Shown here: positions 41,573 to 56,539 of the stretch, one piece after another
How positions within the stretch are numbered: the stretch's first letter is position 1
Layout of the letters: each line of letters starts with the position of its first letter
Source: the human T2T-CHM13v2.0 reference genome, Homo sapiens
Length of the DNA: 64,000 nucleotides
Reading direction: 5' to 3' (one strand)
NCBI RefSeq assembly: GCF_009914755.1
Contig: NC_060942.1
Made by a program: the position numbers and the translations under genes
The notes under the pieces: model-generated
The model's input: the letters and a program-made list of their open reading frames with translations, nothing else
Databases searched by the model: none
Told to the model about the DNA's origin: nothing

Positions 41573-41844
41573 GTAATCGGATTAAACTAAAATTCATGCT
41601 GCACGGCCTCTAGGATCGCTTCCAGTAGAATGAGTCACTGGCAAGGCTTTGAGTGCTTCCCCTCTTCCCCAATTTCAAATGGTGAATTGCAAAATCTCAA
41701 GTTATGTGTTGGCAACTGATATCTGGAACAAGAAAGAACTTGATATCTTTCTGTCTTGCAAATTATGCTCACCCGCATCTTTATTTAGGCCTAAAATAAA
41801 GTAGCATGTTGGAATTCATCAGCTGCACACATCTCTGAGGTGAC

Positions 41845-42144
41845 TTTTTTTTTTTTTTTTTTGAGATAGGGCCTCGCTCTGTCAACCAGGCTGCAGTGCC
41901 GTGGCATGATCATAGCTCACTGTAGCCTTGATCTCTTAGGCTCAAACCATCCTCCCGCCTTAGCCTCCTGAGTAGCTGGGATTACAGGCCTGTGCCACCA
42001 CACCCGGCTAATTTTTTATTTTTTTATTTTTTAGTAGAAATGAGGTCTTGCTGTGTTGGCCAGGCAACTCCTGAGCTCAAGCAGTCCTCCCACCTCAGCC
42101 TCCCAAAGTGCTAGGATTACAGGGTGAGCCACTGCACCTGGCCT
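41845..42144 (-). mobile_element. AluJ
   Basis: Antisense dimer. Confidence 0.9.
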
Positions 42145-42969
42145 GATGTGACTCTTGACCTATCCAAGGCTGCATGGGGGTGGGCTGCTTTTCCAGGCCT
42201 ACAGTTGTTGAAGGAATTGGGCTACTGACTTTTCTCCACATTATAGCCAGGTTTGCACAGAAAAGAGTTTTGTTTACATCTGGAATGCCATTTGCTTCAG
42301 CTGTCAACCACGTGGATCCCAATCTATTTTTGGTTATTTCTGTATTGATGATTGGTGAGACACTCATTACTTTGAGTTATCAAAATTACAAATGGAGCTA
42401 GAAATTACTCCTCTTGAAATAGCATAGGGGAAAAAAAAAGGAGGTGGGAAAGGGCCGTGGTATAGGGGAAATGGCTAAACTACTTATAAACTACTTAGAA
42501 GTGTAGCCAAAGTGTCAGGACCTGCTGTGGTGGAATCTCAGAGATTCTTGTTCTGGAGAAATTGCCAATGTGAAAATGACAAGGAGAGAATACTTGAGTG
42601 TTTTTCTGTAGCCCTTGTGTGACATTTTGGATCTGGGCTGGGCTTATAAGAGAGAGTAGTTGAGGCTAACTTGAAATTGGGATCTTTTCTCCTAATGGAA
42701 GAATGTTGATTTGTAAAACAAAACAAAACTTCATCAAAGAGCTATTCTACTAAAGTCTAGAAATTTATACTTAAGGAAGCCTGTGAATAGTATGTAAACC
42801 CAAATGAAATTTTCTTGACCTATGCTCTACTAAAAACTGAAGAAAAATGTAGATGCCTTAGTGAAAGATGGACATTTTCTATGACATTCAGAGTTGTTTA
42901 CTGAGAACTGGTTCACACAAAATGTTATTATGAAGAATGTTTCTAGCTTCCCTTTGAAATGACTTTTAA

Positions 42970-43305
<336 letters not shown>

Positions 43306-43350
43306 TACGTAATATTTTTAAATGATTGCCTAAAATTAATTAGTGTTTGA

Positions 43351-43684
<334 letters not shown>

Positions 43685-43794
43685 AGATGTGTGTGTTTAA
43701 TCCTCAAAGCATTCCTGCAGTTTGTAGATTATGCCACATATAATAGAGGAATCATATTATAACTTAAAGCTCTTTGAGAAAATAATGAAAATAT

Positions 43795-44372
43795 CTTTTA
43801 AATTTCAGTAGTTTGGGGGTAACAGGTAGTGTTTGGTTACATGGATAAGTTATTTAGTGGTGGTTTCTGAGATTTTGGTGTACCTATCACCCAAGCAGTG
43901 TACACTGTACTTAATGTGTGGTCTTTTATCCTTCAGCCTCCCACCCTTCCCCCGCTGAGTCCCCAAAGGCTATTGTGTCATTGTTATGCCTTTGTGTCCT
44001 CATAGCTTAGCTCCCCCACATAAATGAGAACATACGATGTTTGGTTTTCCATTCCTGAGTTACTTCACTTAGAATAATGGTCTCCAGCTTTATCCAGGTT
44101 ACTGTGAATGTGATTATTTCATTTCTTTTCATGGCTGAGTAGTAGTTCATGGTATATTTATACCACATTTTCTTTATCCATTCATTGATTGTTGGAAATT
44201 TGGGCTGGTTTCATATTTTTGCAGTTGTGAATTGTGCTGCTATCAACATGCATGTACATGTGTCTTTTTCATATAATGACTTCTTTTCTTTTCCTCAGAG
44301 TACCCAGTAGTGAGATTGCTGCATCAAATGGTAGATCTACTTTTAGTTCTTTAAGGAATCGCCGTACTGTTT
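43795..44372 (-). mobile_element. L1PA/L1PB 3' end
   Basis: Antisense L1 3' UTR (GAGAACATACGATGTTTGGTTTTCCATTCCTGAGTTACTTCACTTAGAATAATGG); ATAATGAAAATATCTT on both sides. Confidence 0.9.
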
Positions 44373-44934
44373 ATAATGAAAATATCTTGATTAATTTTGT
44401 TACTTTTTAAGTAGTTCTTGTTGAAGGATGGGTTAGAAAGTCTTTTTAGTTGAGAAATGTGGTTTGGATGTCCTCTTTGTGAATTGCTTATCAGTGCTGT
44501 CTCCATGTGCCATTAGCATAGAATAGAGATGAATTGCCTATTTATTTGTATGACGTAAGATAGAGAAGGAACTATTGCTGATGAGTTAGGAAGATATTTG
44601 ATACACATTAATGATAGATTGAGAAAACCTGTTTAAAAATTGACTAATCTGAAGAATTATTTTCAGAACAGATCAGTAACTCTTAATGACTATTGAGACT
44701 TAGCAATAAATGAATATGAATTAAGCAAAACTAGAGAGGAATCTGAATACAGTTAGAAGTAGTACACTCTTGTAATCATACAAGTCTGTTGATCTTTGCT
44801 TAAATGCCTGCACAGACAAACAGTGACAGTGAATGGGGGTCAAGTTGGTCATAGGTGCACGCTGTTCGTGTGTCACTGTGTCGTGTGTATTTCATCCTTA
44901 ATCCTAATTCTCTCAACAGCCCCAAAGATAGGCC

Positions 44935-45235
44935 TTTTTTTTTTTTTTTTTTTTTTTTTTGAGATGGAATCTCGCTCTGTCACCAGGCTAAAGTGCAGTG
45001 GCATGATCTAGACACACTGCAACCTCCACCTCCCAGGTTCAAGCGATTCTCCAGCCTCACTCAGCCTCCTGAGTAGCTGGGATCATAGGCACCCACCACT
45101 ACGCCCGGCTAATTTTTTAGCCGAGACAGTTTCGCCATGTTGGCCAGCCTGGTCTCGAACTCCTGACCTCAGGCGATCTGCCTGCCTCGGCCTCCCAAAG
45201 TGCTGGGATTACAGGCATGAGCCACTGCACCCGGC
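44935..45235 (-). mobile_element. AluS
   Basis: Antisense dimer. Confidence 0.9.
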
Positions 45236-45547
45236 TTTTTGTTTTTGTTTTTGAGACAGGGTCTTACTCTGTTGCCCAGGCTGGAGTGCAGTGGCAGTGC
45301 GATCTCGGCAACTTGCAGCCTCCAATTCCTGCATTTAAGTGATTCTCATGCCTCAGACTCCTGAGTAGCTGGGACTACAGGCATATGCCACCACAACTGG
45401 CTACCTTTTTTACTTTTTTTTTTTTTTAAGTAGAGCTGGGGTTTCGCCATGTTGGCCAGGCTGGTCTCGAACTCCTGACTGCAAGTGATCCGGCTGCCTT
45501 GGCCTCCCAAAGTGCTGGGATTACAGGCGTGAGCCACTGCGCCTGTC
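45236..45547 (-). mobile_element. AluS/J, tandem with the previous Alu
   Basis: Antisense dimer. Confidence 0.9.
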
Positions 45548-46067
45548 CTCCAAGGACTTTTACCATCTTTTACCATCACCTTGCACATAGAAAATTAAGG
45601 TTTACCAAACCCAAGTGAAAAAGATTGTGAGTGGAAGATATGCTCCCAGTCCTAGAGTGTATGCTGGTTCCTCCAAAAGAACCCTGTTTTTATGCTGAAT
45701 AGTATTACGTGGACCTAGCAAGATTGCAGGTCAGTTTTCTAGCCCTGATCTTCTTCCGGGGCTCTCAGGCTCAGTGGACTGCACCACTTGAAACCTGGTT
45801 GTACACACTAGAAGGCTCTTGGCACCTCTCTCACCTTTATTGTCTGCCAATTTTGCCTCTCAAGTATCTGTTGAATCCATCCACTTCTCTTCATCTTTAC
45901 TACTGCCGCCTAGTCCAGGCCACCCTCACCTCTCACTTGGACACTTGCACTGGCTCAGCTGGCTGCCTTATATCCTCCCTGCCCTTCCTTTACCTCCACC
46001 AGAGTGATCTCTTCAACATTAATGTCTTGATTGCATGCCTCGCCACTAAAATCTCTTTTGCAGCCTC

Positions 46068-46585
46068 TGTGGTGGGTTCAAAAATGGTCCTCCAAAAGGT
46101 ATCTACTTCCTAATCTCTAGAATCTCTCAGTGCTACCTTGTAAGGAAAAGAATAAAAGGTGCCTTGCAGATGTGATTAAGTTAAGGATCTTGAGATGGGG
46201 GATTATCCCGGATTATCTCGATGGGCCCTAAATGCAATCACATGTATCCTTATAAGAGGAAGGCAGAAAGAGATTTTACACACACGCAGAAGGTGGCGAA
46301 ATGGAAACATCAAGAGACAAGATTTGAAGACATTGGCCTTGAAGATTAGAGCCACAGCTGCCCTAAGCCCGAATGCAGCCAGTCACCAGAGGATGGAAGA
46401 GGCATGGCAGGGACTCACCCCTAGAGCCTCCCCAGGGAGTGTGGCCCTGCCGATACCTCGATTTCAGCCCAGTGACACTGATGTCACACTTCTGGTCTAA
46501 AGAACTGTAAGAGAATACATTTCTCTTGTTTTCAGCCACCAGGTTTATGGTAATTTATTACAACAGCCACAGAAAACTAATTCAG
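46068..46585 (+). mobile_element. MaLR LTR (MLT1D-like) inserted in an L2 fragment
   Basis: TGTGGTGGGTTCAAAATGG..TTGCAGATGTGATTAAGTTAAGGATCTTGAGATGGGG..ACAACAGCCACAGAAAACTAATTCA. Confidence 0.85.
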
Positions 46586-46701
46586 CCTCCCATTGCTTTT
46601 AGGATTAGGACCAAAATCTGTGGCAGGATTTATCTGGCATAGCTTGGGCCTGCTTGGTTTGCCCCTTGACCGTCACTGCCTTATCTCATTTTTTTCATAT
46701 G

Positions 46702-47062
46702 AAGATTGAGTATCCCTTATCCTAAATGCTTGGGACCGGAAATGTGTTGGATTTCAGATTTTTTCAGATTTTGGAATATTTGCTTATACATAATGAGATA
46801 TTTTAGGAATGGGACCCAAGTCTAAACACAGAATTCATTTATGTTTCATATACATTTTATGCATAGAGCTTGAAGGTAATTTTGTACAATATTTTAAATA
46901 ATTTTCTGCATGAAACAAAGTTTTGACTGCATTTTGACTGTGAACGTCACATGAGATCAGGTGTAGAATTTTTCACTTGTGGCAGCATGCCAGCCCTCAA
47001 AAAGTTTCAGATTTTGGAGCATTTTGGGTTTCAGATTTGTGGGTTAGGCTGCCCAACCTGTA
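46702..47062 (+). mobile_element. Tigger4b/MER46-type DNA transposon
   Basis: GATTGAGTATCCCTTATCCTAAATGCTTGGGACC...GGCTGCCCAACCTG TA. Confidence 0.8.
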
Positions 47063-47266
47063 TTTTAAAATGATTTTGTTGTATGATTTCTAGGTTGTGG
47101 CTGTACAAATCCCAGTTAGCTCATGCTATAAAATAGACTCATATTTCCCCCTTTTATACAGGGGTTTGTAGAAAAACAGAAAAGTAAAATAGCTTTAAAT
47201 TGGCAATGGCTTTCGTTTTAACCAGCTTTAGAATCCATATTAACCTTCATTGAAAAGATCAATGCT

Positions 47267-47572
47267 GGCTGGGTGCAGTGGCTCACACTTGTATTCCCAG
47301 CACGTTGGAAGGTGAAGACGAGTGGATCACTTGAGACCAGGAGTTTGAGACCAGCCTGGCCAACATGGCGAGAGCCTGTCTCTGCTAAAAATACAAAAAT
47401 TCGCTGGGCCTGGTGGCACATGCCTATAATCCCAGCTACTCGAGAGGCTGAGACATGAGAATCACTTGAAACTGGGGGGCGGCGGTTGCAGTGAGCTGAG
47501 ATCATGCCACTGTACTCTAGCCTGGGCAACAGTGTGAGACTCTGTCTCAATAAATAAATAAATAAAATAAAT
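47267..47572 (+). mobile_element. AluS
   Basis: Sense dimer with (TAAA)n tail. Confidence 0.92.
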
Positions 47573-49327
47573 AACCAGTGCTTTCTCCAATTATGCCATT
47601 TGGTAGCCTTGTCTTCCATTGCTGTGTTCTTTCCTTACTCTTTGACTTGTAGTTACCATGATCTTTCAGATTCTTGACTTTGCTTTGCTTCCTCCTGACA
47701 CAGGGTTTTCATTGCACGTTGAATCTCTCCTCCAAGCTGACTCAATTTCTACTTATCCTTCAACCTCAACTCCACCTTCCCTTCCTGGAGAGGCTTTCTC
47801 TGGTCTTCCAGCCTCATTTGTTTGCTATGCATTCTGTAAGAATCCTCTGGGTTCTTACCTTAGTTTGTAATCATGCACAGACAGCCCTGGCCTTACTTGG
47901 TTCTAATATGCACAGATTCCAGTTTCCAGAGTTAAGTAACACCAGTTCCCCAATAACACAGTTCAATTTTCAGTTACTACTGTGTATGAGCTTTGAGTAA
48001 TTGTAGCCACTAGCTTTTCAGGCCACAAATCATTATGTATGTAACATGATCAGTAGCCAATCGTGTGACTTCTTTCAGAGTCTGTCTGTGACTGGTCATT
48101 GCACCTCTGTTGTTCAGTTCACAGACAGCAAAGAGTGTCCTTGTGTTGCTTCCTTCATTCCTAGTGATAGACCCACTGACATTTTACTCAAAGGGATAAT
48201 TGAAAGAGGACTTTGGCCAACAAAGATGAAAGTGCAGCAAAGAAAAAAGTGGTAACACTGGAACTGAAATTGGAATGATATCTAAATGGAAGGAATAGCT
48301 GACCTGGAATGTTGACACTGCCCCTATTTGAGGGACTGTGGATGTGCAGCCACAGGCAGTTAGTGAAGGGGAGTTTATTAAACATAAAGGAGGAAGGTTG
48401 TAAGAAAAAAGATGCAGATGTCCCAGAGGAGGTGACACTGGCCAAGAAAAACTTCCCATTCAAAGAACTCTTGGAAAGATCTCACAACATCGAAAGCACA
48501 AAGGCTACCCTGAAGCTAATCCAAACTTCATAAGGAGTGTCACAGTTCAAAGTACGACAGAGATGCGTACTTTACATCATACATTATCTTACAAGAAGAG
48601 GGCACGCCCTGCTCAAAATCCTCTTGATAAGTTTTCTTACAAAAAAGGAAATCCCTTTAATGCTCAATGTTTTAAATAAGAGTTTGTAAAATAAATGTTT
48701 TGCTAACTTTTTTATTTCCCTAATGTTTATAAATGGTAGAGTTTTTAAATGCTTTTAAATTATTTTTTCAATTGTGGTAAAATATACATGAGGTAATATT
48801 CACCATTTTATTCATTTTTAGATGTACGGTACAGTGGCATTAGTGGCATTAAGTACAGCCATCACCAGCATCCATCTCCAGAACTGTTTTGTCTTTCCAA
48901 ATGGAAACTTTGTACCCATTAAACAATAATTTCCCATTTCTCCTAGCCCCAGCAACTGCCCTTCTGCTTTCTGTCTCTATGAGTTTGTTTGTGATAGGTA
49001 CCTCTTATAAGTGGAATCATACAGTATTTATCTTTTTGTGATTGGCTTATTTGACTTAGCATAATGTTCATGAGGTTCATTTATGTTATAGCATATGTCA
49101 GAATTCTGTTTTTAAGGCTAAATAATATTCCATTGTTTGTATATGCCACATTTTGTTTATCCATTCATCCATTAATGGACACTTGGGTTGCTTCCACCTT
49201 TTGGCTATTGTGAACAATGCTTCTGTGAACATGGATGTCCAAATATCTGAGCTCCTGCTTTCAGTTTTTTCGGGTATATACCCAGAAGTGGAATTGCTGG
49301 ATCATATGGTAATTCCAGTTTTAATTT

Positions 49328-49634
49328 TCTTTATTTCTTTATTTTTTTTTTTAAAGAGACAGAATCTGGTCTCTTGCCTAGGCTTACGTACAGTGGTGTG
49401 ATCAGAGATCAGTGTAACCTTAAACTTGTTGGCTCAAGTGATCCTCCTGCCTCAGCCTCCCAAGTAACTAGGACTACATTCACGTGCCATCAAGTCCAGC
49501 TAATTTTAGTTTTTGTAGAGCTGTGGTCTGGCTGTGTTGTCTGGGCTGGCCTCTAACTGCTGGGCTCAAGGGATCCTCCCACCTTGGCCTTCCAAAACAC
49601 TGCGATTACAAATGTGAGCCACTGTGCCCAGCCC
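49328..49634 (-). mobile_element. AluJ
   Basis: Diverged antisense dimer. Confidence 0.85.
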
Positions 49635-50917
49635 TATTTTTAATTTTTTGAGGAACTACTATACTATTTTCCACACCGATTTTACCATTTTACATTCCCA
49701 TCAGTGGTACACAAGGGTTCCAGTTTTTCCACATCCTTGCCAACAGTTTTCTTGATTTGTTCTGGATAATAGCCATCCTAATAGGGTGAGGTGGTATCTG
49801 ATTTACGTTTCCCCAGTGATTAGTGATATTGAGCATCTGTTCATGCGCTTGTTGGTCATTTGTATATATTCTTTGGAGAAATGTTTATTCAAGTCCTTTG
49901 CCCATTTTTTAATTGGGTTGTTTGGTTTTTGTGTTGTTGAGTTTTAAGAGTTCTTTATGTATTCTGGATATTAACTCCTTATCTAACGTATAATTTTCAG
50001 ACATTTCCCCCCCATTCCATGGATTGCCTTTTCACTCTGTTGTTAGTGTCCTTTGATGCAGAAAAAATTTTAATTTTGATATAGATCGGTGTATCTGTAT
50101 TTTCTGTTTTTGTGTGTGCCTTTGGTATCACATCCAAGAAACCATTGCCAAATCCAATGTGATGAAGCTTTTTCTCTGTTTTCTAATAAGAGTTTTATAA
50201 TTTCAACTCTAATGCTTAGGTCTTTCATCCCTTGTGACTTAATATTTTGTATGGTATAAAGTAAGGGTCAACTTCATTCATTTGAATGTGGATATCCAGT
50301 TTTCCCAGCACTGTTTGTTGAAAAGATTGCCCTCCATGCATGAAGGTTTATTTCTAGGCTCTCTATTCTTTTGCATTGGTCTATATGTCAGGGTTTGTGC
50401 TGGTACAACACTGTTTTAATACTGTAGCTATGTAGTAAGTTTTGAAATCAGAAAGTGTGAGATCTTCCAATTTGTTCTTTTTCAAGATATTTTGGCTATT
50501 TGGGGTCCCTTGAGATTCCATATGAATTTTAACATGGAGTTTTCTATTTCTGCATAGAAGACGTTGGTATTTTGATAGGGATTACACTGAATCTAGAGGT
50601 AACTTGAGTAGTATTAGCTAATATTAAGTCTCCTAATCCATGAACATGGAACATCTTTCCATTTATTGATCTCATCTTTAATTTCTTTCAGCACTGCTTT
50701 ATAGTTTTCGGTGTATAAGTCTTTCACTTCGCTGGTTAAGTTTATTCCTAAGTATTTTATTCTTTTTGGTGCTATTGTAAATGGAACTTTCTTAATGTTT
50801 TGAATTATTCATTGTTAGTGTGTAGAAATACAACTGATTTTTATGTGTTGATTTCGTATCTTGCAACTTTGCTGAATTTGTTTCTTTTAACCATTCCTTG
50901 TAGAATTTTTAGGGGAT

Positions 50918-51227
50918 ATTTTTGTTTCTGTTTTTGTTTTCTTGAGACAGGATCTCACTTTGTTGCCCAGGCTGGAGTGCAGTGGCATGATCGCAGTCTA
51001 CTGCAGTCTTGATCTCCCCAGGCTCAGGTGATTGTCCCACCTCAGCCTCCTGAGTAGCTGGAGCTACAGGTGTGTGCCACTACACCTGGCTAATTTTTGT
51101 ATATTTTTGTAGAGTTGGGGTCTTGCCATGTTACCCAGGCTGGTTTCAAACTCCTGGGCTCAAGCCATCTGTCCGCCTTGGCCTCCCAAAGTGCTGGGAT
51201 TACAGACGTGAGCCACCGTGCCTGGCC
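50918..51227 (-). mobile_element. AluJb
   Basis: Antisense dimer; ATTTTTAGGG on both sides. Confidence 0.9.
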
Positions 51228-52506
51228 ATTTTTAGGGTTTCTTACATCTAAGATCATGTCATCTGTAAACAGAGATAATTTTATTGTTTTTCTTTCCAAT
51301 TGGGATGCTTTTTATTTCTTTTCCTTTACTACTTGCTCTGGCTAGGACTTCTAGTGCTATGGTGAATAGCAATGGCAAAAGTGGGCGTTTTTGTCTTTTT
51401 CCTGATCTTAGAGGAAAAGCTTTTGGTCTTTTACTATTGAATATGATGTTAGCTGTGGGTTTAATGTTTTGATGAAGTTTTTAAAAAGATCATAGGGCAC
51501 TTGTGATTGTTCCCATTTATTATTAAGATCAGTTTGTATGGTTTCAGCTTGCATGGTCCTTTTTAGGCTCTTACTGTATTGTGTAAAGTGAGTACTGCCT
51601 GTATTCCCTGACATAATATTTCCCCCAGTTGGACTATGCTCCTTGAGATTAAGAATTTTGTCTGTTTTGCTCACTGCTATATCCCTAATGTCTGGCATGT
51701 AGTAGGTACTCAGTCAATGATGTATGAATGATTCTTACTTTAAACATGAGTTATTCTGGGTTCCCACCATTTGTGCTATTTATCCCCCATTCTCCAAATG
51801 TGTGGATTCCTTGTGATAGGACATTTGTCTGGCGTATTGGAGAGTAGCGTTGCAGAGTCTCAGATAGACCATCTCACCAGGAGGGTTGGGTGAGACTCCA
51901 AATTGATATCTCTCACTTATTTTAAGGCTTGCATATATTAGACATTCTGTGTTGCATTAACTGGTTACTACAACACTTTGGTATTATCAATTTAGCATTT
52001 AGACATGGAATATGGTTCCTTTGGAAATGCAAAATTCAGTACAAATGGAAGGTAGTAGTAAAGGGTAGTTGGTGGCAGGGTTGCTGTTGTGAACTCGGGT
52101 TCTTCAAGGAGATCACAAGGAGACTGTGGCATTTTATGTTGGTGTATGACTGTGAACGGCAGGTACCATGGATCAGGTCAGGAGAAAAGATCTTTTAGCT
52201 CTTTTCATTTTTCAGGCGACATGTTTCTTCAGAGACTTCCCTGCAGGTGAGGCCTCAGCCTGGGGTCAGTGGAAATTCAACCCCAAATCAGCACTTGCTA
52301 TGCTATGCTACGCATCCTTATGCCCTGAGTTGTCAGATGTGTATCTAGTGGCACCATTTACCTCTTATAATTCAAAACCAAATTCTGCAGAGGGTGATGT
52401 TTGTTTAAAGTCGAGTCCTCTTTATTTTCATATATAAACTGTACATTAATTAAGTGCCGACTGTGTTTAAATTATCATGGTAGGTCCCGAAAGGAGACAA
52501 AGATGA

Positions 52507-52902
<396 letters not shown>

Positions 52903-52933
52903 TCACATCATGAGAACAGTAATAAAAACAGTC

Positions 52934-53335
52934 ATATTGGTCCACTTAGGCTGCCATAACAAGACACCAAAGGCTGGGTGGCTTAAACAGCAGAAATGTG
53001 TTTTCTCACAGTTCTAGAGTCTGGGAGTTTGAGACCAGGGAGCCAGCATGGTTGAGATCTGGTGAGGGCTGTCTCTCTTCCTAGCTTGTGGACAGCTACT
53101 TTCTGGCCATGTTCTCACATGGCCTTTTCTCTGAGTGTGAGGGGCACATATGAGAGAGTGAGATGTCTTCCTTCCCCTTCTTATAAAGCCACCAACCCTC
53201 CTGGATTAGGACCCCATCCTTATGACCTCATTTAAACTCAGTTACCTCCTAAAAGCCCTGTGTCCAGATATAGTCAAATTAGGGGTTAGGGCTTCAACAT
53301 AGGACTTTTTGGTGGACGCAGTTCAGACCATAGAA
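52934..53335 (-). mobile_element. MaLR LTR (MLT1A-like)
   Basis: GGGCTGCCATAACAA..GGCTTAAACAGCAGAAAT..TTCTCACAGTTCTAGAG..GGGCTTCAACATA. Confidence 0.85.
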
Positions 53336-53782
53336 ACAGAGATACATAGCACTTACTTGGGACCCCCAGTTTGCCAGGAACTGTGCTGGCATCCTCATTC
53401 AGTCCCCCCATGCACCTGTAAGGTGGGTACTGTCATTTCCCCCTACTTTACAGATGATGAAACTGCAACTCGAAATAATTATTTTCCAAGGACACTTCAC
53501 TTAGCAGAGCCAGGACTTGAAACCAGGGCCATGGGAATTGAGGGAGTGTCAGAGGAGGTGCCTTGAGAATGAGCAGGGAAGTCTCCCAGGGTACTGGGGC
53601 AGAGCCAGCATCCTCAGACTAGGCATGTGTTATAGTCAGGGTCAGACTGTTCTGTGGCCGCACAAAGAGAAGTGTATTCAAGGGAATGATGGAAGTGGAC
53701 ACACATGATAGGTGGGTCTGTGTTCTATGTAGAACCATGGATTTTACCCTTTTCCACTTGGGTGGTAAGGAGCCATTGGCAG

Positions 53783-53926
53783 GTTTTTGTTTTGTCTTGT
53801 TTTGTTTGTAGAGACGGAGTCTCAGTGTGTTGCCCACGTTGGTCTCAAACTCCTGGCCTCAAGCGATCCTCTTGCCTCGGCCTCCCAAAGTGCTAGGATT
53901 ACAGGTGTGAGCTGCCATGCCTGGCA
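53783..53926 (-). mobile_element. FLAM / Alu left monomer
   Basis: Single antisense left monomer. Confidence 0.85.
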
Positions 53927-56539
53927 CCATTGGTGGTTTTTAAGCAGAGGAGTGACATGGGTTTGTGTTTTAGAAAACTAATTCTGGGGACACTGTACAC
54001 AGTAAGCCTGGAGGAAAGAAAACAAGTTAGAGAGCGACTGTCATAGCCCACATGGGGTCTGGGGAGAGCAGGGGAAATATGTGTGAAATGTTATAGGAGG
54101 TAGATTCAGCAGGACTCCTGTTTGGTTTCAGTTTGATTTTTGGTTGTGGTTGGGAGGAAGGAGGAGGAATTGAGGATGTTCGGGGTCACTAGTTAGATGG
54201 TGCGGCCATTCAGAGCAAGAGAGGGAATACAGGAAGAGGAACAAATTTGAAGGATTAAGCAGTGTTATAATTTCTTCACCAATTTGTCATCAACTGGGAA
54301 ATGTTACACCAATTATTTTAACTCTCTTGGGAAAGAAATGTATGTAGTACTGAATATTGAAAAAAGACTTGAAGTAGCTGGAGGAGTAATCGGAGACCTC
54401 TTGATTGGGACCGTGATTGGGACCACTAGTGATGATTTATTATAATTTAAGAAGTCAGTTAAAGCAGGGGATTCTAAAAATGATTAACGTCAAATAAACA
54501 TTTTATTACTTTTGATGTGGGGCTGAGGCTTTCGCTTTGTGAGTTTGGTGATGGATTTTTAATTTGACTTTCTTGCGTAAGCCGCATCTATAATATATTT
54601 CTGTGTCTTTCAGTATTGGGGTCACTGAAGTGGAGTAAGAGGTTAAAATCATTTGTGAAGCAATATTGGGTAAATGCCCCTCAGCTTTACAAGCCTTTTC
54701 CACTTATCTCGCTTTCACCTAACCCTAACGTAACTTTTAAAGTCATCTGCCATTTTGGAATCTTTTCAAAGCATTTATTTATTTTTCATACATGTCATGT
54801 TTTTCCTCACCCTTATTTCATGTAGTTACATAATAAACAATGAATTATGTAGTTGCCATTTAACAAGGCTATATATATTTATATATAACAATTTTTATAT
54901 AACAAGGGCAATAGGAATAATCACATTTGGAAATAATCACTAGAGACTCTCGGTAAGCATACAGCTTAACTAGTAAAGAGAAAAGCCCACTAGCTTGAGT
55001 ATCCAATAGGTGAAGGGCATCTAGCGCGCTCTCTCTCTGACATTAGTTAATCCAGAGATTTAGGTGAGTGAAGATTGGTTAAGTGAGTTTCCACTGTGTG
55101 TTACTTTTTGTGTGCATGTGTGTAGATAACACAAGGGCCAGTGTAGACATCAGTGTGAAGTGGTGGTACTGTATTTTTGGGGGGGCTATATTATAAATTA
55201 CTGATTATTTCTAAAACAGTTACAAAGAGAAAATATAGATTGTAGGAGGGATTATGCAATGATAGTTTAAAATGAAAGTGGCGTTAGTGGAATTTTGCAT
55301 TAGCTACAGTAGTGAAACGAAGTGGATTGAGTTCAGGGAAAAAAGTAGGGGATCTGAGGGTCTGTTGGATTACTAGAAAGAGATGAATGGAAGTATTTCC
55401 TTCTGAAAATCAGATTTACATGTCATTTCATAATTCATGCCTGCATAGACCCCTAATGCCATCAGTTAAAATTATCGTTGCTTCAAAGTGAGCCCACCTA
55501 CTTTCTGGCCATGCTAAAAGCACAGCTAATGATAGCATCTAAAACAGCTTGCACATACAGTCCATTATAGTAGGAACTCAGTTATTTTCCCTTGATAATT
55601 GGCATTGATTCGCTAGCACAGGAAGAGAAAGCTGGGGGCTTTTGAGAACTCTGGGCTCCACCTTGCAGCAAGCTTGTGTCTGATGGAGCTCCAGTGGGTG
55701 GGTGGGTAGCAGAGAAAGCACAAGCCAATAGTCCAGCAGCGTGTTAACCGTGTAAGAGAAGGGCCAAGAGTGTCATTTGCCACCTTAAGAGACCAAGCAA
55801 ATTATAAAATGCAACAAGTTCCCTGGTTCATGGTCTTTCAGGAATATTGGCCTCTGTCATTAGGTTAGGAATAGCTAGTAATCATGAAATATTTTAGGGA
55901 CCGCTTTCCTCTTATCTGTTGCCCTGATTTGCTTTAGCTATTTTAATAATGGAGAGAAATTGGGCCTCTTAATACTTTTAATAGGTGCATTATGTTATTT
56001 TTCTTTTAACAATTTAAAATAGTTTAAATATACAAAAGTGCAGCATATTATAAACAAATATAGATGTCCTTCATACTCAGAATTATGTTTTGAAAAATGT
56101 TAACATTTGTAAACATTTGCCATATTCACTTCTGATATCTTTAGAGAAGTAAGACATTACAGATACAGTTAAACTTCCCTTTCAGCCCGGCGTGATTACA
56201 TTTTTCTCTTTCCCTCTCTATAGGCCACCAGTGTCATCAAGCTGGTATATGTCTTTTCCATCCATATGTTATGCTTTCATTGCATATTTTTAACCGTTAA
56301 CAACATATAGGTTTCTGTTTTCAAATTAGCATGATAAATATCCTTTGCAGTTTGTATTTTTCACCCGATTTTTAAGTTTTAAAGTCGACCCATGTTGATC
56401 TATGTTATAAAACAACTATAATCATTGTAATGTCTAAATCGAGTGTTTTGTTATATAAATATATGATATACTTAGGCATTATGGGTAACCATTTAGGTGG
56501 GTTCTATTTTCTTAGGACCTTAACAGTGCTATAGTGTAA

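Larger units (their letters stand above)
48760..51462 (-). mobile_element. L1MB-type, about 2.7 kb antisense, containing two Alus
   Basis: Antisense L1MB 3' UTR (TTGTGGTAAAATATACAT; CATCCATCTCCAGAAC) followed by ORF2 antisense motifs. Confidence 0.88.
47878..51603 (+). mobile_element. Old Tigger element (Tigger13a-like), split by an L1 insertion (left part ~47878-48750, right part ~51465-51603)
   Basis: Left end CAGACAG..; transposase-like remnants (GGCCAACAAAGATGAAAGTGCAGCAAAG; DADVPEEVTLAK); right end GAGTACTGCCTG TA. Confidence 0.6.

Noticed and set aside
48309-48533. ORF with transposase-like acidic segment
   Set aside because: Fragment of an internally deleted Tigger element; no intact transposase
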